From the NCBI GenBank assembly GCA_963514005.1, contig OY740812.1, positions 10,602,001 to 10,666,000 of the forward strand: a DNA stretch of 64,000 bases, read 5' to 3'. This DNA comes from Raja brachyura (taxonomy: Eukaryota). Shown here piece after piece: positions 12,792-26,326 of this stretch. The stretch's first letter is position 1. The number at the start of each line of letters is the position of its first letter. The notes under the pieces are model-generated. The model was not told the origin of the DNA. It saw only the letters and a program-made list of their open reading frames with translations, and ran no database searches. The translations under genes and the position numbers were made by a program.

Positions 12792-13979
12792 TCTTTGTTT
12801 GTTGCTATTTCTAAATACTAAAAGAAGAATATGTACACTGAGTGACAGGAGAGATTATACATTTAACATCCGCTTCCATAGAACTCACTCTGGATCCTGC
12901 GCTGTGAAGCATGATAGTAAATGTAGCTCACGCTGCCTTCAAGCCACCATGGCAAGTTTATAAACTAGAAACAGCAGATAAGACACTTTCTGCAAATATA
13001 TAATCTCAGTTGAGTCATATATATACACATTGTGCAATAAATAATTATAAAAACATAGGCTTTAAGAATATAAAATCAAAGGGTCAAACATCTAATTTGT
13101 ACAAAACTTTGGATATAGCAACTTGCAATACAGGTTCAACTTGGAGCTAGTAATTCCAGGCTACAAGGTAGAAAAATGCTACGATAAATGCTGCAGACTG
13201 TTGGTTATTTTTAGAGCATAGGATGTCAATGCCCATTTGCTTGAAGTAACTACTCGCTCATTCAGGAAAGCTATCCATGGGGCTCAACAATGAATTCCCA
13301 CCTTGCTTCTTTATCTCATCCAACATTGTTTGTTTCTTTCACAGAAAGAAGGCACATTTGTATGTCAGTAGAATTGCTCTTCAGTGGGTGGTGGATGCAA
13401 GGTCCCTGTAAGGGGAAGGCATGTCTGCATCAGTCGAACCAGAAATCCACTCAAATCTCAACTTTCAATCATATGATAAAGGTGCAACTGATAGGTGAGA
13501 AATACAGGCAGTATTAATACTTAAGTCGATGTGTAGAATGTGATATAGTCACCGTCCTAAAGAACTAGGAATTTTTGTAACCAGGATTTTGTCTGATATC
13601 CTTTGACTTGGGGATATAATAAATGTACAGCTGAAATATTAAGCTGTTGTTACGATATTAATACCACAGCTTGTATCTTGAGCCCTGTGGGGTTTTGCAT
13701 TGTGCAATGCATTCTGGAGGTTGTAGTCATTCCTGTCAAGGTGACAGTATTTAAATTCAGAAACATAAAAATTGGGCCTGAACAAAACTAGAATGGAACT
13801 GATTTAAAGACGCCCTCGGTGGCTTTCCTTTCTGGGGAGCTTTATTTCAGATTAGATTAATGTTTTATCAAATATTCAAAAATAATTTCATATACAAAGC
13901 TCTTCAAAGCCGGCGTACTAGGGGAAATTTTTAAACATGTAATTGTTGAAGTATTTCAAAGGTCTATTGTAAACCCTTC

Positions 13980-14350
13980 GACCTGGAACATCAGAGGCTG
14001 AGGAGAGAACTGATAGAACTATATAAAGTTATGAGAGGCACAAATAGGATAGACAGTCAGAAACCTTTTCCCTGGGTGGGAATGTCAAACACTAGATAAG
14101 AGGGTCAAAGGAGATTAAAGCCAAGTTTTCACGTGGAGAGTGGTGGGTGCCTGGAATGTGCTGCCAGGTGTGTTGGAGGAGGCAGATACGATAGTGGGAT
14201 TTAAGGGGATTTTAGAAAGGCACAAGGATATGCAGGGAAGGGAGGGATATGGATGACAAGCATGCAGATGGAACCAGTTTAACTTGGCATCATGTTCAGC
14301 ACAGACATTTGTGAGCCAAAGAGCCAATTCCTATGTTGTACTATTCTATG
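13980..14350 (+). mobile_element. Old CR1-clade LINE 3' fragment inside the putative WNT3 3' UTR
   Basis: cagaggctgaggagagaactgatagaactatataaa (RLRG.LIE.YK-like), gagagtggtgggtgcctggaat and a ttctatg-type tail. Confidence 0.7.
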
Positions 14351-15066
14351 TTTTATGTACCCAAGTTCTTCCAAACTTCCCAAAGGCATATCCTGAATTT
14401 AGTTCTGTGTACCTTTACTACGCTATCAATGTTTTGCATGGTGGTTCAGTTTACTTGAGTGATGACCATTTCCCAAGAACAGCACCCTCCTCCCCATCCC
14501 TTCACCTCTATCCTGATGACAATCTAAATCCCAGAGAAGATCACACAAATTGGCGTTCCATTTGTCACTTCTAAAATAACAAAATACAAAGCCACTTAAC
14601 CTGTGATCCTTCAAAGTTATGATCATTGGCAATGAGCTATAATTCTTCCAATTATTCATTATCATTATTAGTCATAATTACTTATCAGGTTGCTGGGATA
14701 CAATAAACCAACCCATAATAGTTAAAACTATGGGATAAGCAATTTTGTCTAATAATGATAATGAATAAATGTTACTGAAATTAAGTGACACAAAATGGCA
14801 GCTGCTCAAGTGTACGAGCACTCTGGGAAGATGGGAGCAAGATATGGTGGGTAACAAGATAACATTATTGTACAGAACTTGTTTGGGGTGCAATGAGAAA
14901 TGTCACCTCTTTCCTCAATCATTTTAAATTATGACCTAGTATTTGAATAAAATAATAAATTTGATTAATTAGAGACTACATTCCCCAGAATTCATTTTTG
15001 ACAATGTATGTGAAAACCAAACTTCACATATCTTGCTTTGCCCAACAGTGGCTGGATGGTGCCAGT

Positions 15067-15176
15067 CTGTCTGCGTGTGTATGTGTCTATGTGTCTGTGC
15101 ATAAGTATGCATGTTTGTGTGTGTGAGTGCGTGTGTTTGTATGTGCATGTTTGTTTGTGTGCGTGTATGCATGCGA
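15067..15176. repeat. Degenerate (TG/CA)n microsatellite just downstream of the WNT3 stop
   Basis: Alternating purine-pyrimidine run gtgtgtatgtgtct...gtgtgtgtgagtgcgtgtg. Confidence 0.85.
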
Positions 15177-15212
15177 GTTTATTATTGATGTTCGGGAGGA
15201 TTGTGTGTCCTG

Positions 15213-15692
15213 TTATTTGCATGTATGTACATCATATACACGAACACACTCCTGACAACTGACATAACAACACCAGTGGAATATGCAGTGGCACTTCTCC
15301 TTGCGTTTCTCCGTCCTGGTGTTGTGTCCACGGCCGCAGCACAGCAAGTCGCAACCGTCGATGCCGTGAGATGTGACGTTGCAGATCCTGTCCCTGGTCC
15401 CAAAAGAGCCAGTCTCGGGGTTTGGCTCGCAAAAGTTTGGCGAGTTTTCATAATAGACAAGGTCCCTCTCGGTCGGCGGTTTAAAGAGCTCGTACTTGGC
15501 ACGAAGGGTTTCCACCCAGCCCCGGGACTCCCTGTGCTTCTCCACCACCATCTCAGATGCACTGTCGTATTTATCTTTCAGATAATCCCCAATCACCCGG
15601 AAATCCGGCTGGGCCCACCAGCAGGTCTTCACCTCGCAGCTCCCAGATAAACCATGGCATTTGCATTTCAGGTGCATGTGGTCCAGGATTGA
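15213..15692 (-). CDS. WNT3: Wnt-3, last coding exon (exon 4, 480 nt)
   Basis: [32 protein letters not shown]...[26 protein letters not shown], including the CKCHG.SGSC lipidation motif. Acceptor ttgttgcAG at 15694-15693, phase 0. [19 protein letters not shown] and [11 protein letters not shown] fit WNT3 rather than WNT3A. Confidence 0.97.
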   Translation of the reverse strand, partial: SILDHMHLKCKCHGLSGSCEVKTCWWAQPDFRVIGDYLKDKYDSASEMVVEKHRESRGWVETLRAKYELFKPPTERDLVYYENSPNFCEPNPETGSFGTRDRICNVTSHGIDGCDLLCCGRGHNTRTEKRKEKCHCIFHWCCYVSCQECVRVYDVHTCK

Positions 15693-16009
15693 CTGCAACA
15701 ATAATTAAGTGACACAATTAGCAAACACTCTTCAGAACAGGACAAAATTGTCATGATATTGTGTATCTTTCTCGTGAGAGAATATTTTGAATTGTCTGTG
15801 ATATTCTAATGAATGATAATTTTGGCAGCTTGTTGAAGTACTCTACTTGTTAAAAAATGTTGTCTTTGTAGATGCCCTTGTCTCATGTGATCATGGATCC
15901 TCCCTATGTTAACCACACTGGGTGTTTGCAATCTCCAGCTAATGGTGACCTACCATGTATCAGTGCCGTGGCCCCCGCAACTGCCTGATTACTCCACCAT
16001 AAGAGTTAT

Positions 16010-16295
16010 AGATTTATAACGCATGGAAGCAGGCCCTTCAACCCAACCTTTAATGCCGATCAAGATGCCCATCTACGCTAGACCACATGCCTGCATTTTG
16101 GCCTTTTCCTCTAAAACTCTCCTATCCACGTACCTGTCCAAATGCCTTTCAAATGCTGTTGTAGTACGTACTGTGGCAGCTTGTTCCATATACGCACTAC
16201 CCTCTATATGAAACAGTTGCCCTCAGGTTCCTATTAAAACTTTCTCCTCTCACCTTAAACCTATGTCCTCTAGTTCTTGATTCCCCTACTCTGGC
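16010..16295 (-). mobile_element. CR1-clade LINE 3' fragment
   Basis: Reverse of the recurring ...ggtttaaggtgagagg...ggaacctgagggcaac...gggttgaagggcctgcttcc tail. Confidence 0.7.
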
Positions 16296-16619
16296 CTTAA
16301 TGCAAGATCAATTAATTAGATTAAGTAAAGCATAGGATTTTTATGTTGCAAATGGAGCTTAATCTTTTCTCTGTATTCTTATCCAATTGCTACCCATTAT
16401 ATCATTTTGCCTCCAGTCTTTTAAATTTTACATACACATTCTATTAGCACCAAATCAATGGTGTTAAATGTGCATTTAGCACTTCAACTACATCCTCAAA
16501 CCAAACTTATTCTGTTAAAGCTCATAATTGACTTGTGACTCCTTTAAATAATCTTTGCATTCTGAAATAACCACCACCATTAGCCAGGAATATAACTCAA
16601 AATAAACACTGTACAGTCA

Positions 16620-16930
16620 AAGTCACACTGCACTAAAAGAACCCTTTAGGTTCAACTTGTCCATACCACCCAAAATGTCCCATCCAGTTCCATTTGCCTG
16701 CACCTGGCCCATATCCCTCCAACTTTTATTATTCATGTACCTGTTCAGATTACTTTTTAATGTGTTATTGTACCTGACTCAACTATTTCACCTGGCAGCT
16801 CGTTCCATGTATCCACTACCCTCTGTGTCAAGAAGTTGTTCCTCGGGTTCCTATTAAATATTTCCCCTCTCTCCTTAACCCTAGGCTTTTTAGTTCTTGA
16901 TTCATTTACTCTGGAGAAAAGTACTCTGTA
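16620..16930 (-). mobile_element. CR1-clade LINE 3' fragment
   Basis: Minus ORF remnant ESRT...FNRNPRNNFLTQRVVDTWNELP (CR1 ORF2 C-terminus). Confidence 0.75.
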
Positions 16931-18181
16931 CATTGACCCTGACAATATGGTGCCAGCTTCCTCTTCTGGAGAACTTTGTTTCATCTTAAATTAGGCAAAA
17001 ATTACTGCCAGGTGTCATTAACATACACTTGAATTTCCAAGGCATAGAAGACTAAGGTTGGAAGATAGGATTTATGCAGATGGGTATCGAATTGCTGGCA
17101 CGGACATGGTTGGCCGAACGGCCTGTTTATATGCTTATATGTGTTTATGGGTCTATTACTTAATGGAAACTAGCGTTAAAGTGATATGAAAATTATTGAG
17201 TGTGAACTGACCGCGTATGACAAATAAATTTGAAAGGCCAAAGATGAATCCTTGTGGACACTAGAGTGATAGTATAGACAGGGGGATAGAAGCTATTGTA
17301 GGTAATTCCCTACATAGGACTGGATAGATATGGTGGAACCAGAAGTCAGTTTCACACAGCTCAATGAAAGTGGGAGGTACTGGAGAAGACGGAGTTGTGC
17401 AGTCAATCACACCAAGGAAGCAGACAGCTCAGGAAAAATAAGGACAAAGTAGGTTGCTTTTGTCAAAACATAAGATGACATCAAAGACTTTGGTCAATGC
17501 CACCGTGATACACTAGCAGGAAGAAAGGGGTTGTGCTTTGGGAAATTCCAACAAGGAGTACCATGAAAGGTATTTTTTAGCGTTGTTTTGGCCTGAGGGT
17601 TTAATGTAAGCCGCAGTGGTGATGTTCTCCGGTTTCCTCCCAACTCAGTGACTCATGGGTTCAAGTGCCACTGTAGTGCATTCTATGGTGAGTTCCACAG
17701 TGACACCAGGACAGTGGTTTGGATGGATGAAATGTTATACTGAGGCTCTGCATGCCTTTCAAAATCTTACCAGGCCTAACTAAAACTAAAACCTCAATCA
17801 ACATTACTACAGAGCAGATTATCTGAGGATATCAAATTATTGCTCAAGAGCCTTTGCTTTGTGCAAATTTGGTTGCTGTGTTTCATGCATTTCAACGCCA
17901 TTATTGCCTCAAATGCTCCAAAAAGAAATCCCCCATTGATTGTGTTTTGGGATGTCTTGAGATTACAAAAGACATTATCATTTTTTCTTCTTAATGAAAT
18001 GGACCCAAAAACATAATGCAAATGTCAAGTCCTTGCTAGGAATTTCTTTGCATTTGATGTTTCACACATAGAAAAAGGGAAAGACATTACATCGAGTAGA
18101 ATAGCTGGTCATACACCCATATCTTTCCTTGGGGCTGCTTTGAACGTTGGACTGGAGGTTGTTGAGGATGGGAGTTAAATC

Positions 18182-18420
18182 AAAGGTAGACACAAAATGC
18201 TGGAGTGACCCAGAGTCTGAAGTGGGGTTTCGAACCGAAACATCACCCATTTCCATCTCTCCAGAGATGCTGCCTTTCCCGTTGAGTTACTCCAGCATTT
18301 TGTGTCTACCTCCTGACCCAAAATGTTGGCTGTCCATTTCCCTCCACCACCGATGCTGCCTGATCTGACTTCCTCCAGCAAATATTAATCTCAGGATTCC
18401 AGCATCTGCAATCTCCTGAA
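18182..18420. mobile_element. Penelope-like terminal repeat, asymmetric fold-back plus adjacent fragment
   Basis: aggtagacacaaaatgctggagt ... actccagcattttgtgtctacct inverted ends, with a hammerhead-like remnant at ~18215-18245. Confidence 0.7.
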
Positions 18421-20109
18421 TCTCTGAGGTATATTTGCAATTCTCTTTTGGAAATTAGGGATAGATTTATGGCTTCAGTATTTGAAATGGATTCTTTGTT
18501 GATGATGCGCCAAGGAGCTCCATAATCTGCTGGAATGTGAAAGTGCGAAGCGAATTGTAGTGTTATATTTACAATAATTGAGGCTTTCATTTGACATAAT
18601 AATACTGGATCCAGCACACAAACATTGACAAGGTTGCTGATGGAGGCGCCTGATCTGTTTAGTGGCTGTGTTGTGAACGTTGTTCCTGAGGTTTGAGTCA
18701 GGAGGGAACTGAAGGGTACAAATTGGATGTAGGCCAAGTCTTTGAACATGATGACAAAATGTCATCTGAAAACGTAATAAAATAAAAATAAAGATTCACA
18801 TTGTACATGCCGTTTATAGCCTCGGGTAATCCCAATGATACAGAAGGGTTGTCAATGGTACAATATAGAACATAAGGCACCCTGCAAGATCCCATGAACA
18901 TCACTCTGATAATGCCACATACAGTAACCCAGTTTAGTGATGTTAATTGATGGGATAAATATTTGATATAACACTGAGGAAAGCTTCTCTGATTTTCTAC
19001 AACTTAGTCCTGCACAATCTTATTATGTTCTCCTGAAAAATCAAGGTAGTGCCTCATTTAATGTGGCATCCATAACATGCCTTCTCTTTCTGTACAGTTC
19101 TCCTTCGTGCATCAATCTGCCAGATAGCTTCCTCTTTGGAGCGTGTCCAAAACCCAGCGTAAACACAAGGCCACCGCATGGTTCTCACTTGCCAACAAAT
19201 GTGAGAAGTTGTTGCAGATGGAGACGCTGTTGATTTACTGTCTGACGAAGACCAGAGAAACACACCACTGTTGGGCAACTTCACAGCTCGCATAAATGCT
19301 ATTGTAATATCTGGAAATCCCATTTCCCAACACTCGCTCAAGGAACTGATGAAATGTCAGAAATGCGCAAGAAAAATTGGTAAAGCACATGATAATTATA
19401 AATCCATGAACTCACCCTTTCTAATGTAGTTTCTCCCAATTGACTGATCTTTTTTGAATCATTTATATTAATATCAGTTCTTCACCTAAAATAATTTAAC
19501 TGTTTGTACCACTGACTCAGTTTTTGACCACGATGAGTAAAATCATGTGGTCAGCTTAATTATAGTATTAAATACATAATACATGGTCATGAAGTTATGG
19601 TTAGTACCTCTAGCTCTGAACATACTGTTTAACGCAGCCTTGATAACACTTTCATATTCCACAGAAATCGTTATTAGAACACTTCAGTTACGGAGTCATA
19701 GCTATCAGTTTTGTCATCTATGTTTTGACTTCAATTTTGACGCTGAAATAAGCAACTGTCACCAAGTCAACGACAAATTGTATCAAGCAATTGTGTGACT
19801 CCTGGCTGAACAGTATTCTCTGCAGCTTATTCCAGTCTTTAACGAAAATCTAAAACCAGATTTGTGCAACTGTCTGATAAGTTCCTATCTTACCACCAAC
19901 ACACTCTGATCTCAGAATGCCCCACAGTGCTTACAGCCCATGACAGGCATTTGGAAGAGTGGTCACTACTCCAGAGCAGGGAAGTGTAGCAGCCAATTCG
20001 CACACAGCCACTCAATCAGTGAATCCTGTTCAGTGCCATTGCCTGAAGAGAAAATAACATGCATTGCTTGCATCTTGCTGAGTCAGGAATTTTGGGGAGA
20101 AGGCCGGAA

Positions 20110-20545
20110 AATGGCGTTGAGGGAACGATGGATCAGCCATGATTGCATGATGGAGTAGACTTGATGGGCCGAATGGCTTAATTCTGCTCCTATCACTTAT
20201 GAACTTCTGAACATTTCTTTGGGTGAATGCACAGTCTTTTATCCAGGTTAATTAAGAACGAGAGGACATAGGTTTAAGGTGAGAGGGGAAAGATTTACCA
20301 GGAACCTGAGGGGCAACGTTTTCACACAGAGGATGGTGAGCACATGGAATGAGCTGCCAGAGGAAGTAGTTGAGACAGCTGTTTAACAATTTTTTAAAAG
20401 GCACTGGATGCATGGATAGGAAAGGTTTAGAGGGATATGGACTAAATGTGGGCATTTGCGACTGGCTTAAATGGTGCATCTTGACCGACACTAACAGGCT
20501 TGGCTGATGGGCCTGTTTCTATGCTATCTGACACCGTGACTCTAG
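20110..20545 (+). mobile_element. Two adjacent CR1-clade LINE 3' fragments
   Basis: ggatcagccatgat...gggccgaatggc tail, then aagaacgagaggacataggtttaaggtgag...ttttcacacagaggatggtg...tggaatgagctgccagagg. Confidence 0.7.
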
Positions 20546-21028
20546 TGTCACAACGTTCTTCATGTCTCCAAGATGCTCAATAGCACCTTGATTTTACCCC
20601 TCATCCAAAAAGCAACATCTCCGATATCAAAGCACTCTCTCTATGTTACATTGGAATATCAATTGAGATTCAGAGTGAGACATAAACCCACGTACCTCCA
20701 ACTCAAAGCTTCATCTATCCTCTAAGCTATGACTCTTTGGTGCTATGAGCTACAGTATGAACACTTTCGAAGACCCATTATGTTCAATGATCCACTGATC
20801 CATGTACCTTGCACTGTGCATTAGCTCTGGTGATCAGGACCATTCGCCAGAACACTTATTAATCAAACAGACTTAACATTACATTATACTGGGAATTTTC
20901 ATAGACTAGGAGAAGGCATTATGAATACTAAACCAGAAAACCAGAGATGATCAAAAGACTGTTGAGAAGATTGGTTCTCAAAGAAGGATGAAAAGATGGA
21001 GTTAGAATCAGTCTTACAACATCTACGT

Positions 21029-21088
21029 GGCAGCATCTCTGGAGAGAAGGAATGGGTGATGTTTTGGGTCAAGACCCTTCTTCAGACA
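21029..21088 (-). mobile_element. Penelope-like terminal repeat fragment (CpG-decayed)
   Basis: ggcagcatctctggagagaaggaatgggtgatgttttgggtcaagacccttcttcagac. Confidence 0.75.
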
Positions 21089-21764
21089 TATCTTGATAGC
21101 CAGGAAACTGCCTATCATAACCAATGTAGGAAAGATGCATGTCGAAGAGTACTAATATACCCTAGAATCTTAGAATATCCATTCTCCTTCTTGTCAATAT
21201 TCAGTCTGGATTGGAAACCATGGATTGCCAACTCTATGGACCCTTTGAGTTCCTGTCTCTCACTTTCCATGGAAGAGAAGCAAACTCCAATATAATTCAC
21301 AATATGACAGCACTGTTGGGTAGTGAGTTGCTGAGATGACTGCAATGGCTGCAGGGTAACAGCCCCTCCCCCACACAATCCCATTGCACTCAGAGCTTGA
21401 CAGGACTTGTTGAATTGTTGCGTCTGTATCAGAAGGCAGTGAATTCAGTCCCCTAGCCAGCACATGTATGCCTGATGTGCCTTATTCCCTGTGTGGAGTA
21501 CAAAGGGAATGCTGCATTGTCAGATATGCTCTCCTGAGGCTATACTGGAGCCTCAAATGACTGGCCTGATGTAATTTAAATAACATAGCGAATATTAACC
21601 ATCTTCCGTGCAAAAAAAAAATATTCTCCATTAGAATGTTCAAACTAGACTACAATCTAAAATAACGAATAAGATAAATGGTGTTTCGATCAAATCTCAC
21701 ATCCCATTCGATCTGATATGAGAGGAATGCATTGCATCAAGACCAGATCAGTTTTGTCCCTTAC

Positions 21765-22030
21765 CGTCCGTCCAGCCTCGTTGTTATGTCGGTTCATGGC
21801 AGACCTGGCATCGGGCCTGTTCTCCCGTGCGTCAGCAAACTCCCTGGACACCAGCACGCCAAACTCGGCATCCTCGCTGCAGCCCCCCCACTTCCAGCCC
21901 TCGCCCGGCGGACCCTTGTGGTGCGAGTCGCAGCCACAGATGGTGTTGGAGCCCTCGGCACAGGAACGTGTCACGGCAAAGGCCACTCCAGCTGAGGCAA
22001 TGGCATGGACAAAGGCAGACTCCCGGGTGG
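21765..22030 (-). CDS. WNT3: Wnt-3 exon 3 (266 nt)
   Basis: ATRESAFVHAIASAGVAFAVTRSCAEG...CDSHHKGPPGEGWKWGGCSED...HNNEAGRT. Acceptor caacttccAG at 22032-22031 after a long pyrimidine tract, donor GTaagg at 21764. Phases fit exons 2 and 4. Confidence 0.97.
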
Positions 22031-24289
22031 CTGGAAGTTGAGACAAAAAGGAGAGAAGGGGATCAGGACATGGACAGATTTCAACACTGCCACAGAAAAG
22101 AAGCCAATGATTCATGTTTTGTAATCTGAACTAATGACATGATGCATCTGTAAACTATTGTGAAGATGTCTGTTGTTAATGTTTGTGTTTCTTTGATCAT
22201 TAGACATGTAATTAATATATATTACATTAAATAGCAGACAATATATTGTGGTTTAAAGAACGTTTTGCCAATAGGACCTCTTCTGAGTATCTGTGGCTGA
22301 AGTCATAATGAATTGAGGCAGTAATGATATTTTACTATCTGATCACCTTCATTTTGTTTACAACAACCTGGCTTAGAAATAATTTTGGAAAACTCTCCTA
22401 TGATTTGTCACTGAACCTGAGAGTTACATTAATTTAGTTCACACAAGTGATTCGGGATTAATTACAATGTTTGTAGCCAGTTGGATAGTCTACTCCTGAA
22501 AACATTTTAAATGAAGCTGGAATGAAATGTTCCTTTAAAATGTTTTTATCTTCATTGTAAATTTGCAAGTATTTTTTAGGAGAGGGGGGGTTGCTGCTAC
22601 GTTCTCTCTTACAAATCTCTTGTAGGGATATTCAGATCTACCACCCTTACTTTTTCATTTGTAAGCTATTTTACTGAGGGGGCATCACAGCCAAAACTAA
22701 TCTTAGATTCTTCCTCATGTGAAAATGCATGCATAATTTCAGCAAGGGTTAATGAATACTAATCAGGAGTGGGGCCTCTGGGTTATTTATTTCCTTCCCA
22801 CTCAGAGACAATAAACGCATTCGTAGGATGGTGCATTTTTTTGCTGATGTTATTACATACTGCTGGAGAAACTCTTCAATTAAAAAAGGGAAGCTGATGA
22901 TGAGATTAGCTCTTTAAAAAGAAGCATTTATATTGTCAATCATCTTTGAAGGTGAAGATCTCCAAATAAAGAGGTCATTTGCGATGAAAGCTCCCTCTTT
23001 AAAGATGATGAGAGTCACTGCATAAAAATAATAACCCTCCCATATTGAAAGGATTGTTGACAACATTTCTGTTAAAAGAGGTGCTTATGGTGCGATTCAC
23101 TCGTTAAAAGTGACACATTAAGAAGAATTATTACCAATGTACTATATAGAATTATTGTCATGCTAAATCTTCCCCGTATAAGAGGTTTGCTGATTCCAGG
23201 CGTTTGCCTTTAAATTGGGATGTACGTGAGATTTCCCCATTAAAAAAAGGCACTGATTATTACCCACACTTCATTAAGACGAGCACCAATGGTCGCAGCT
23301 AGGCATTAAAATAAATTTCAGTGGTTTACTGATAATCTTCAGCTCTCTTTTCATGACATCAACAAACCCCAGCCATTGAGTTGCACACTGGGGACTCCTG
23401 TCAAAAGCATCCATTATTATCTTGCCAGTTGGCAGGGAGATCAAATTAGATGGAATCACATCTCATTTCTATATATTGAATTAGAAAACAGTTAAGTAAT
23501 AACATGAAAACATTAATGGCACTGTATGATATTTCTTTGTGCTTTTCTAGAGTGCTGGAAATCCTTTTACATTTTGGTTATTATCTCCTCAGTTGAAAAG
23601 AAAACTAGTAAAATGTAATTAGGATATGATCATGTTTTTATATTATCAGTGTGATTCCCCCACCCATTTATATATCTATTGCTTTTGGTTGAGGGGGCCA
23701 CACTGAGTTTAAATCTGGTTGACCACTTCTAATGAACAGTCCGTATCCATGAGAGTGTTCACTGTTGGTTGTGTCCAATGTGAAGATGTCCAGAGTACAT
23801 GAAATGGTATTTCTACATACAAGCCTTTGCTTCTCCATTTACTCATATTGGCTCCATGACCCTTTAATAATCTTACCTAACAAGATCCCAGCAACCAAAT
23901 TGGATCAGCAAACCAGCACAGTTCGGAGAATGATCCGACAACCTTACGGGCTCTCATGCTCTGTTCTATAATGGACACATTCACTGTCTCCCTTCTAATT
24001 AGTTGCATTTCCCTATCCAGCACAGATAATGCCATCAATCATCACTGACAAGCTACTTTCTAGTTTTGTGTCAATGTGTTCCGTAACATATGATCCAAAC
24101 TTAGAAATCTGCTCTATGTAAAGGAAAGGAAAGACATAAACAGAAGCAAACTAAAAAAAAAAAGACTTACACTTATAGGATGCATTTGTAAGATCAGGGA
24201 ATCCTAACGTACCTAACAATTAATACGGTCATTTGAAATTGGAGGTAGTCATTGAAGTCAATTTGCACACAGCAAGTTTAAAGAAAGAA

Positions 24290-24465
24290 ATTTAGTTTTG
24301 TTTATTCCATTGTCACGTGTACCAAGGTACAGTGAAAATCTTTTGTAACATCCTAACCAGTCAGCGGAAAGAAAATACATGATTACAGTCGAGGCATCCA
24401 TTGTGTACAGATATATGATAAAGAGAATAATGTGAATAATGTTTAGTGCAAGATAAAGTCCAGTA
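24290..24465 (-). mobile_element. 3' end of a non-LTR element (possibly Rex1/Babar-like); second copy at 32517-32603
   Basis: Shared ...aaggtacagtgaaaa...ctaaccagtcagcggaaaga with a (tttag)n-type tail. Clade assignment is tentative. Confidence 0.55.
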
Positions 24466-26326
24466 GATGTAGAAAGGAGTGGGTGTAGATTGTGGCAGCA
24501 GCCACCTTCACCCTGGTTTACAGAATGGATGTTGCTCAAAGGATAAATGTTGGCGAGAATACAAGGACCACTACCCTGGTCTCCATCGTTTTAACCATCT
24601 GAGGGTACAGACAGTTTAGCATTGCGAACAAAAGTGATATATTTTCATTAATCTGCTGCAGAGCTATAAGAGATATGAGCTTACATATTATTGTACATTT
24701 AAGTTGTGAATCCCCTGGTGCTGTTTGCTGGAAAGTTCATTACATGTACTTCAGAACCATAATAGAATTTTTACTGGGGGTAATCACGTTGAAATTTGAT
24801 TTAACTGTCATCTCCTGAATTTTTAGCATAAAGAAGGAAATCTAGCTTTATTTTCCCTGAATCTAACAATGATTAAAAAAAAACACAATGCATGTCATAA
24901 ATACTCAATTGGGTCTTGGATGTCCCTCACAGAAAGAAACTTGCCACCTCCTTCTAACCTAAAGAAACTTGATGGTGTTGTTGGCTTTTAATGTCCATGG
25001 GAAAACTAGATGTGCATGATGCTTAACGATACCCTGAAAACAAACAAACAATTATATATTTCTGCTTAACCCTGGTCCTCTAAATGTAAAAGAAACACGA
25101 TGGGTGAAAGATAAGAGGGTTGCACTGAAAGGTCAATGCTGAATATTTAGCGAAGTACAGACGCCAGGAGTAGAACAAGGAGCATGGTGTTAAAGTAATT
25201 GTGAACGAGGGACTCACCAAAAGAGCAAGGGCAATGGACAGTGATGTAGGATACACAATCAGTGTGTCCTGGGACAGTTTAAAGGTGTGGGATGGTCCTG
25301 GGATTAAGTATGAGAGAGTGAGTGTGAGAGTGTAATGTCGGAGGTGTGGGAATGCCCCGTGACAGCTCAGGACAGAGGCCGACTCTCTTGCCTGGAAAAT
25401 GAGTTGCATTACCTGCTGAGTGTCTGAATCTGCCTTTGTTAGCTCGGTGTCACACTGTATTATTAATACAATAGAGAGAGTTACTTCAGGCAACGTTACC
25501 CACTGCAGAGTTCTGGCATTCCCTGACAAATCGTAGCAACAGCCAACTATTCTTAATTCTAGTGTGTCCCCAATCGGGTGGGGTGGACTAGGAAATCCCT
25601 ATTGAAACACTTTCATCAAAATGACTAAAGGGCGTGTGAATGGCACAGCTATGGCCCTAATCACTAGTTCGCGCTGATATAGTTTGCCCTCTCTCGCAGT
25701 GGGGTAGAAGCTTAACTCTTTTTCTCAGTATAAGCTTATTTTGCTCTTTTTAATCCCTTTAGCTCATGAAGCATCAAAACTGATCCTGAGCATTTCAACT
25801 CAGAAGCAAATAATGTTTTTTTTTTTTTTTAAAGAAGATATGGTTTAAAACTTTAATTTAATTGGCAGTAATGGAGGAACCAGGTCGTAACATCTTGTCG
25901 GGTCTGCTGACCTGGTGCTAAGAGGGGGGGTGAGTAGAGGGGGCGTCGCGGATCAGGGTAAAGGTGTCAGCGAGTGCGACAAGCACACACTCCACTGTAA
26001 TCTCAATGCTCCCAACTCACCCACCACCACCACCCCCCCCCCCCCCCCCTCCCCACCTCCCCGACTTGATTGAATAGCGAGAAATTTCGAAACCTACTGA
26101 ATCTCCGAAGAGAAAGGGGAGAGGGGGTAGAACCACAGGGGCACAAATCAAAAAACAGAGAGCAGCTAAAGTTAAAAATGAATAAACATTTTTAAAGCAG
26201 GACTTCGAATACAGTGCCGGTTAAAATTCCTTACACGGAATTCTCGGTTAATTCTATGATTAATTAATTTGTTCATTCAATTCTTAGGAACGAATAATTC
26301 TTTAATTCATTCGTTGATTTATTTTG

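Larger units (their letters stand above)
12770..15212 (-). other. WNT3: Putative WNT3 3' UTR (~2.4 kb)
   Basis: Runs from the stop codon to a minus-strand AATAAA (12791-12786) followed by a GU/U-rich element. The distal part is AU-rich with two UGUAHAUA motifs. Extent is inferred. Confidence 0.5.

Noticed and set aside
15182-15650. ORFs 15201..15650 (+), 15182..15562 (-) and 15232..15432 (-)
   Set aside because: Antisense or alternate-frame shadows of WNT3 exon 4, with no independent protein signal.
21718-22129. Plus-strand ORFs over exon 3 (likewise 45434..45702 over exon 2)
   Set aside because: Shadows of GC-rich WNT3 coding sequence.
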